In this document: in pieces, positions 23,786 through 29,062 of the stretch
Position numbering within the stretch: the stretch's first letter is position 1
How the letters are laid out: each line of letters starts with the position of its first letter
Origin: Candidatus Saccharimonadota bacterium
Lineage (GTDB): Bacteria; Patescibacteriota; Microgenomatia; UBA1406; GWC2-37-13
Direction: 5' to 3'
Length of the DNA: 32,000 nt
NCBI GenBank assembly: GCA_016700135.1
Contig: CP065004.1
Coordinates: 1,050,001-1,082,000, forward strand
Translations under genes and position numbers: made by a program
Notes under the pieces: model-generated
What the model saw: the letters and a program-made list of their open reading frames with translations, nothing else
The model's database searches: none
What the model was told of the DNA's origin: nothing

Positions 23786-24784
23786 TGTGAACGCTCTAGC
23801 CTCCGCCGGCTGGCGCCTCCGCCGGTTGGCGGATGAGCTATACGCCCTGTGAACGCTTCTGGCCTATGAGCCTCCGCCGGTTGGCGGATGAGCTATACGC
23901 CCTACGCCCTGGCGGATGAACGCCCTGTCTAGCCTCCGCCGGTTGGCGGATGAGCTATACGCCCTGTGAACGTTTCTAGCCTCCGCCGGTTGGCGGATGA
24001 GCTATACGCCCTGGCGGATGAACGCTGTGAACGTTTCCAGCCTCCGCCGGTTGGCGGATGAGCTATACGCCCTGTGAACGCTCTAGCCTCCGCCGGTTGG
24101 CGGATGAGCTATACGCCCTGTGAACGCTTCAGCCTCCGCCGGTTGGCGGATGAGCTATACGCCCTGTGAACGCTTGGCGGATGAGCTATACGCCCTGTGA
24201 ACGTTTCCAGCCGGTTGGCGGATGAGCTATACGCCCTGTGAACGCTCTGGCCTCCGCCGGTTGGCGGATGAGCTATACGCCCTGTGAACGCTTCCTCCGG
24301 TTGGCGGATGAGCTATACGCCGGTTGGCCGGATGAGCTATACGCCCTGTGAACGCTCTAGCCTCCGCCGGTTGGCGGATGAGCTATACGCCCTGTGAACG
24401 CTCTAGCCTCCGCCGGTTGGCGGATGAGCTATACGCCCTGTGAACGCTCTGGCCTCCGCCGGTTGGCGGATGAGCTATACGCCCTGTGAACGTTTCTGGC
24501 CTCCGCCGGAACGCTCTAGCCTCCGCCGGTTGGCGGATGAGCTATACGCCCTGTGAACGCTCTCCAGCCTCCGCCGGTTGGCGGATGAGCTATACGCCCT
24601 GTGAACGCTCTAGCCTCCGCCGGTTGGCGGATGAGCTATACGCCCTGTGAACGTTTCTCTAGCCTCCGCCGGTTGGCGGATGAGCTATACGCCCTAACGC
24701 TTCTAGCCTCCGCCGGTTGGCGGATGAGCTATACGCCCTGTGAACGTTTCAGCCTCCGCCGGTTGGCGGATGAGCTATACGCCC
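23786..24784 (-). repeat. tandem array (~21 units, 46-nt consensus) of a tRNA-Val 5'-fragment with a 16-nt GC hairpin insert
   Basis: Consensus on the tRNA strand is GGGCGTATAGCTCA TCCGCCAACCGGCGGA GGCTAGAGCGTT CACA. Twelve units are 44-49 nt and near-perfect. Nine are truncated, partially duplicated or scrambled. There are no spacers. Confidence 0.95.
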
Positions 24785-24804
24785 TTTCAAAATCAATACG
24801 TTAT

Positions 24805-24813
24805 ATTATACCA
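24805..24813 (-). promoter_or_regulatory. extended -10 promoter TGGTATAAT upstream of the repeat array and tRNA-Val
   Basis: The minus strand reads gacggtTGGTATAATataacgtattgattttgaaaGGGCG. It is the only promoter-like element between the upstream gene stop (24839) and the tRNA. Confidence 0.45.
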
Positions 24814-24838
24814 ACCGTCTCAAAATAATTCGAACAAT

Positions 24839-25348
24839 TTATTCGGAAGAAGATTCCTGCTGAGGCTGCGAGTACAATGCCACTGCTTTATCAATGACTT
24901 CGCGTGTCGAATATCGCGGATCATATTTTACGGTTTGTATCGTTCCTTCAATCTGCTTTATCACTGCTTCCTCGGGCAGCTGTCCTTTTTTATAATCTCC
25001 GGCGAGGACATATATGGTCGGCTTAATTTCCCCGATAAGATTTGATGCATTTTTTTCTGCATACGATACGACATAATCAACTAATGATACTGATGCCAGA
25101 ACCTTCATGCGATGTTCGAGTGAATTGACAGGCCCTTTAGGATTGGCAAATTGCTTTATCGCGTCATCTGACTGCACACCTGCGAAAACTACATCACCGT
25201 GTGACCTTGCCTGCTCAAGAAAATAAATGTGTCCCGGATGTAGGATATCAAAAACTCCATTTACGAGCACAACTACTTTACTGATTGATTTAAAGTTGTA
25301 CGATAGGTTTGCGGCAAAATCAAGTTCGGCAACTACTTTATTTTCCAT
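24839..25348 (-). CDS. cytidylyltransferase-fold protein resembling HldE/RfaE domain II (D-beta-D-heptose 1-phosphate adenylyltransferase)
   Basis: NGVFDILHPGH (HxGH), PVNSLEHRMKVLASVSLVDYVV and LAGDYK match the layout of the RfaE domain II family. 169 aa, stand-alone. Confidence 0.75.
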   Translation of the reverse strand: MENKVVAELDFAANLSYNFKSISKVVVLVNGVFDILHPGHIYFLEQARSHGDVVFAGVQSDDAIKQFANPKGPVNSLEHRMKVLASVSLVDYVVSYAEKNASNLIGEIKPTIYVLAGDYKKGQLPEEAVIKQIEGTIQTVKYDPRYSTREVIDKAVALYSQPQQESSSE

Positions 25349-25413
25349 AGAATAGTTTTATTGTAGCGTATTTTTTGTGATATTTTCAAAGGGATCCCTC
25401 GATTTGACGAACA

Positions 25414-25422
25414 TGCTACAAT
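25414..25422 (+). promoter_or_regulatory. extended -10 promoter TGCTACAAT, 6 nt upstream of the PPC-domain gene ATG
   Basis: acaTGCTACAATgaccgtATG. No SD is present. Leaderless geometry. Confidence 0.45.
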
Positions 25423-25428
25423 GACCGT

Positions 25429-25848
25429 ATGAACATCATCAAACAACAAAGTAACTCATACATTCTGAGATTTGACCGCGGTGAAGAGTTTATTTCAGCA
25501 ATACAGGACTTCTGCACGAAAAACAATATTAAGTCCGGATATTTTCACGGTATCGGGGCCTGTCATAAACTGGAGCTGTCTTGGTACAACCTTCAGACAA
25601 AAAAGTATGAAACAAAGGTTATTGAGGAAAATCTTGAAATTACATCTTTGACCGGGAATATTGCATTGATTGACGGCTCGGTTTTTGCACATACTCACGG
25701 TGTTTTCGGGGGCAGGCAACTTCAGGCAATAGCGGGGCATGTCAAAAGTATGGAAATATCTGCAACCTGTGAGATCAAACTTGATATTTTTGAAGGGACA
25801 ATCGAACGCATATTTGATGAAGCGACAGGTCTCAAGCTGATGAAGTGA
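25429..25848 (+). CDS. PPC (DUF296) domain protein
   Basis: 139 aa. FISAIQDFCTKNNIKSGYFHGIGA...LTGNIAL.DG....H.H is typical of the PPC/DUF296 fold. Confidence 0.75.
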   Translation: MNIIKQQSNSYILRFDRGEEFISAIQDFCTKNNIKSGYFHGIGACHKLELSWYNLQTKKYETKVIEENLEITSLTGNIALIDGSVFAHTHGVFGGRQLQAIAGHVKSMEISATCEIKLDIFEGTIERIFDEATGLKLMK

Positions 25849-25913
25849 GTGAGGTTCCGATAAGGGTAAATTTTGCTATACTGAATACATTATCCATTAA
25901 CTAATCGTATCCT

Positions 25914-26543
25914 ATGCTACGGAAAAATTTCATTGAATTTCTCGGTACATTTTTTCTGGTTTTGACTGTCGGTATTTCCCAGAATCCTTTTGCCATCGGA
26001 GGAGTCCTAGCAGCACTTGTCTATATGGGCGGATATATTTCCGGAGCACATTACAATCCGGCCGTTACATTGGCGGCGCTTCTTAACGGCAAGATCAATT
26101 TGAAAGCTGCGCTGCAGTATATGGTCGTACAGCTTTTGGCAGGTGTAGTTGCTGCCGCCGCTGTCGAGACGATCAATGATACCGCTTTTATTCCCACTGT
26201 CGCAGAAGGTGCCAAAATGAGTTCTGCGCTTCTTGTCGAAGTTCTTTTTACATTTTTATTAGCGTTTGTAGTATTACATGTAGCCTATTCAGATAAGGTT
26301 AAAAATAATCATTATTACGGCGCTGCTATCGGCCTGACGCTAATGACTGCGGCTTTTATCGGCGGGCCAACATCAGGCGGTGCTTTCAATCCGGCAGTCG
26401 GCCTGAGTCCGTATCTGTATAAATTTGCCGATCTCAGCAAGAATATTGATGCGGCAGGTTTTTATCTGATCGGTCCGATGATCGGGGGGATTTTGGCCGG
26501 TATGGCGTACAAAATGACGCAGTCTATAAAGACAACAAAGTAA
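25914..26543 (+). CDS. MIP-family channel (aquaporin/glycerol facilitator)
   Basis: Two NPA boxes (GAHYNPAVT and GGAFNPAVG) and six hydrophobic segments. 209 aa. Confidence 0.9.
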   Translation: MLRKNFIEFLGTFFLVLTVGISQNPFAIGGVLAALVYMGGYISGAHYNPAVTLAALLNGKINLKAALQYMVVQLLAGVVAAAAVETINDTAFIPTVAEGAKMSSALLVEVLFTFLLAFVVLHVAYSDKVKNNHYYGAAIGLTLMTAAFIGGPTSGGAFNPAVGLSPYLYKFADLSKNIDAAGFYLIGPMIGGILAGMAYKMTQSIKTTK

Positions 26544-26550
26544 TTATTAA

Positions 26551-27265
26551 GGCTCTAGACTAGCAGAGTAGTGCTAAACTAGAGGTATGGTTTGTAACAA
26601 TAGGCCGATATCAAAATACAAGAGAAAAAAGATACTATGGTGTTTTGCACACGATCTGAGTGCTACACAGACCTCTGGTATTTTGGGTCTCAACCGCAAT
26701 ACAGTCAACAAATATTACAATAATATTCGTCAACTCATATATCATCACCAAGTGCACCAGATGCAACGATATGTTGGTGGTGAGATAGAAATTGATGAAT
26801 CATACTTTGGACCTCGAAGGATGAGAGGCAAGTCAAGTAAAAGAGGTCGTGGGACGTCATTTAAGCAGGTAGTATTTGGGATATATGAGCGTCAAGGACG
26901 TGTATTTACTCGTATCATTCCAAACTGTAAAAGAAGAACGCTACATGCTGTTATGAAGGGAAAGATTGACTTGAACAGTACTGTATATTCAGATTCGTGG
27001 AGCGGATACAACGGACTTGTTGATGTCGGGTATGACAAACATTTGAGAATCAATCACAAGAAAAATGAGTTCTCAAATACAAAAGGGGTCCATATCAATG
27101 GCATAGAGTCATTCTGGTCCTTTTGTAAAAGACGTCTCGTTAAGTTCAATGGTGTAAAGAAAAACTTTCCATTACACTTGAAAGAGTGTGAATGGAGATG
27201 GAGCAAATCCCCATCGATCCTTTACAATGAACTATTACAAATTGTTAATGTGCTAGTATAGAGCC
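26551..27265 (+). mobile_element. IS1595-family insertion sequence (IS1016-like subgroup), 715 bp
   Basis: Terminal inverted repeats GGCTCTAGACTAGCAGAGTA (26551-26570) and GGCTCTATACTAGCACATTA (complement of 27246-27265) match at 17/20. A single transposase ORF fills the element. No flanking direct repeat was found. Confidence 0.8.
26587..27261 (+). CDS. IS1595-family (IS1016-like) DDE transposase
   Basis: An N-terminal HTH-like segment (KKILWCFAHDLSATQTSGILGLNRNTVNKYYNNIRQ) is followed by IEIDESYFG, GRG..KQVVFGIYERQGRVF, YSDSW.GY and INGIESFWSF, as in IS1016-group transposases. Confidence 0.9.
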   Translation: MVCNNRPISKYKRKKILWCFAHDLSATQTSGILGLNRNTVNKYYNNIRQLIYHHQVHQMQRYVGGEIEIDESYFGPRRMRGKSSKRGRGTSFKQVVFGIYERQGRVFTRIIPNCKRRTLHAVMKGKIDLNSTVYSDSWSGYNGLVDVGYDKHLRINHKKNEFSNTKGVHINGIESFWSFCKRRLVKFNGVKKNFPLHLKECEWRWSKSPSILYNELLQIVNVLV

Positions 27266-27972
27266 AAAGTATTTGACCCGGTAATATTGGTATTAATCAG
27301 GTTGAACAAATCGACCTGTACTCTGCTGTCTCCCGTCATAATAATTCCGTCAGGTATAAGCAACACGTTTTTACCGGTGTCAGCAATTGCCTGAATCGTC
27401 GTCTCCACTTCTGCATCATTTTCGTTGATGGTTTCACTCTGGATTGCAGATTCAGTACTGACCAGTATGTTTTGACAGCTATCGGTTAAATTCAAGATGT
27501 CCTGAGTGTCGAAGTTATGAGATAAGATAAGCATGCAATTACCTGCACCTGTAATATTGGTATTTATAACATTGTCCACAGTGACTACGTTTTCAGCATT
27601 TCCCGTTCGGATAACCGGTGCTGTCAGTGTTACGGTAGGTACCGGTGTTACTTCTTGAACAATCACACTGCTCGGGCTGGCTTCTTCTGTAGATTGTTCC
27701 GATTTGATTAAGTCATCCGTAGTCATATCGATAGTGGGAATCACCGTGGGAGTAATTTCAGTAACCGGGATCGGTGGGGTAGTAATCAATTCTTCAGGTG
27801 TCGGTGAGATTTCTGTCTCAGGTGTGAGACTCGGTTCAGGCACGGGTGTTTCTGTAACTGCTTCTTCGACTGACGGTGTGGGAGAAATATCCGGAGTTTC
27901 CGTGACTGCAAAAACGGCAAGAGGCTGTGCTATCGTCAACGTGAAAATGAGAAGGAATGTTAGGTATTTCAT
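27253..27972 (-). CDS. secreted Pro/Thr/Glu-rich protein with NTNITG/TGDS repeat core; 3' end apparently replaced by the IS
   Basis: Signal peptide MKYLTFLLIFTLTIAQPLAVFA. The last codons and the TAG stop (27253-27265) lie inside the IS right inverted repeat. The second repeat (VDLFNLINTNITGSNT) breaks off where the first continues for ~90 aa. Confidence 0.6.
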   Translation of the reverse strand: MKYLTFLLIFTLTIAQPLAVFAVTETPDISPTPSVEEAVTETPVPEPSLTPETEISPTPEELITTPPIPVTEITPTVIPTIDMTTDDLIKSEQSTEEASPSSVIVQEVTPVPTVTLTAPVIRTGNAENVVTVDNVINTNITGAGNCMLILSHNFDTQDILNLTDSCQNILVSTESAIQSETINENDAEVETTIQAIADTGKNVLLIPDGIIMTGDSRVQVDLFNLINTNITGSNTLALY

Positions 27973-28078
27973 AGTCAATTCCGTAATTTATTTCAGGTCT
28001 TTTTAGTAAAAAATCTGAAATAAACAACGTTTCTTACAGACTGGCTTGTCCGAACAAGGTACAATATCTTATCTTTCC

Positions 28079-28105
28079 GTGCCCCGGGGATTTTCCCCGG
28101 GGCAC
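28079..28105 (-). terminator. perfect GC-rich palindromic hairpin GTGCCCCGGGGA-ttt-TCCCCGGGGCAC downstream of the 314-aa gene (no U-tract)
   Basis: A 12-bp perfect inverted repeat 17 nt after the stop at 28122. It is not followed by a T-run on either strand, so terminator function is uncertain. Confidence 0.4.
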
Positions 28106-28121
28106 TGGAAACCCTACAAGA

Positions 28122-29054
28122 TTAACTCAACCAAAAGAAAAGCATATCCATAATATTTCCGATAAAGGAACTATTTGAATTGCCTTCCGCAGCAGAGCCA
28201 ACTTGTACACCTGCTCCACCAGTCATCATTCCGGTTCCGCCGATGTTGTCATCAGCGTCATTGTGACCTGAATTGGTATGTGTCATGATACTTTGCAATA
28301 CAGTCATCAAATTTGAACTCGATGAGCTCATAGATGTACTTGTATGTACATTTGTGTCTGTATCAAGATCATCTCCCGTGTTAACGATACTGGTCATATT
28401 CCCTCCTTCGTGAGAAGAAAGTGAACTCATTCCCCCACCAAGTCCGATTGCTGTTGTGTTGTCATTGACATCAACGTCAAAACCAACGGCAGCAGCAGCG
28501 TTACCTGTGGTAAGAGTCGGTCCAGAACCAATATTGTCATCAGCATCATTATGTCCGGTGTTAGCATGAATGTTTGCAGCTTGTTGGACGAATGCAGAAT
28601 TCATACTGTTTACTGAAACATTCGTGGTAGAATTTGCAGAAGTATCAATATCTGCATCATCTCCCGTGTTGACGATATCCGTCAAATTGGAATCACCGTC
28701 TCCGCTACTCACTGCAATAGCTGTCTGATTCTCATTTGCATCGACATCTAGACCGATTTGTGAAAGTGCGCTACCTGTCATAATTGACGTTCCGGCACCA
28801 TTCAAACTGATATTTCCGTCAGCAGAATTGTGACCAGTGTTAACATGTGCCTGTACTTGTTGAGTAATGGCAGCTACGTTGGTATTTGACACATTCACAT
28901 TTGTTGATGTTGATGAGGAAGTTGTCACCTGTGCATCATCACCGCTGTTGACGATATTTGTGGTATCGGAAGCGGCAAAAGCTGCCGGTGTTGCAACCAG
29001 CCCCATTATTGCGAGCATTGAGATTCCAGTTAGTAACATTTTCTTATTTAGCAT
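28122..29054 (-). CDS. secreted repeat protein, three ~95-aa NTGDD...NTGHN.AD.NI...TG.A modules
   Basis: Signal peptide ...LVATPAAFA|AS. ATG 29054 is preceded by GGGGGTGA at 9-nt spacing. It is a paralogue of the upstream 682-aa protein. Confidence 0.8.
   Translation of the reverse strand: MLNKKMLLTGISMLAIMGLVATPAAFAASDTTNIVNSGDDAQVTTSSSTSTNVNVSNTNVAAITQQVQAHVNTGHNSADGNISLNGAGTSIMTGSALSQIGLDVDANENQTAIAVSSGDGDSNLTDIVNTGDDADIDTSANSTTNVSVNSMNSAFVQQAANIHANTGHNDADDNIGSGPTLTTGNAAAAVGFDVDVNDNTTAIGLGGGMSSLSSHEGGNMTSIVNTGDDLDTDTNVHTSTSMSSSSSNLMTVLQSIMTHTNSGHNDADDNIGGTGMMTGGAGVQVGSAAEGNSNSSFIGNIMDMLFFWLS
28167..28961 (-). repeat. three tandem ~93-96-codon protein repeat modules (approximate bounds)
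   Basis: N(S/T)GDD occurs at aa 40, 133 and 229, and N(T/S)GHN(S/D)AD(G/D)NI at aa 76, 169 and 265 (ORF-track numbering). Confidence 0.6.
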
Positions 29055-29062
29055 ATTTCTAT

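Noticed and set aside
23786-24784. CRISPR array interpretation of the 46-nt repeats
   Set aside because: The units are directly adjacent, and only a 6-15-nt variable patch differs between them. There are no 25-40-nt unique spacers, no leader/cas context in the window, and the repeat is plainly derived from the neighbouring tRNA.
23786-24784. Integron attC-like or recombination-site array
   Set aside because: The unit ends (GTTCACA / TGTGAAC) do not fit the RYYYAAC...GTTRRRY core-site pattern. No integrase or cassette ORFs are present.
24601-25045. ORF-track ORFs 24601-24828 (+) and 24740-25045 (+)
   Set aside because: Their translations are just the repeat unit read in rotating frames (…LASAGWRMSYTPCERF… repeated). 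The second runs antisense into the adenylyltransferase gene. Both are artefacts of the repeat.
26543-27273. Target-site duplication flanking the IS
   Set aside because: The 8-bp flanks, attattaa (left) and aaagtatt (right), do not match, and shifting by 1-3 nt does not help. This is reported as absent rather than forced.
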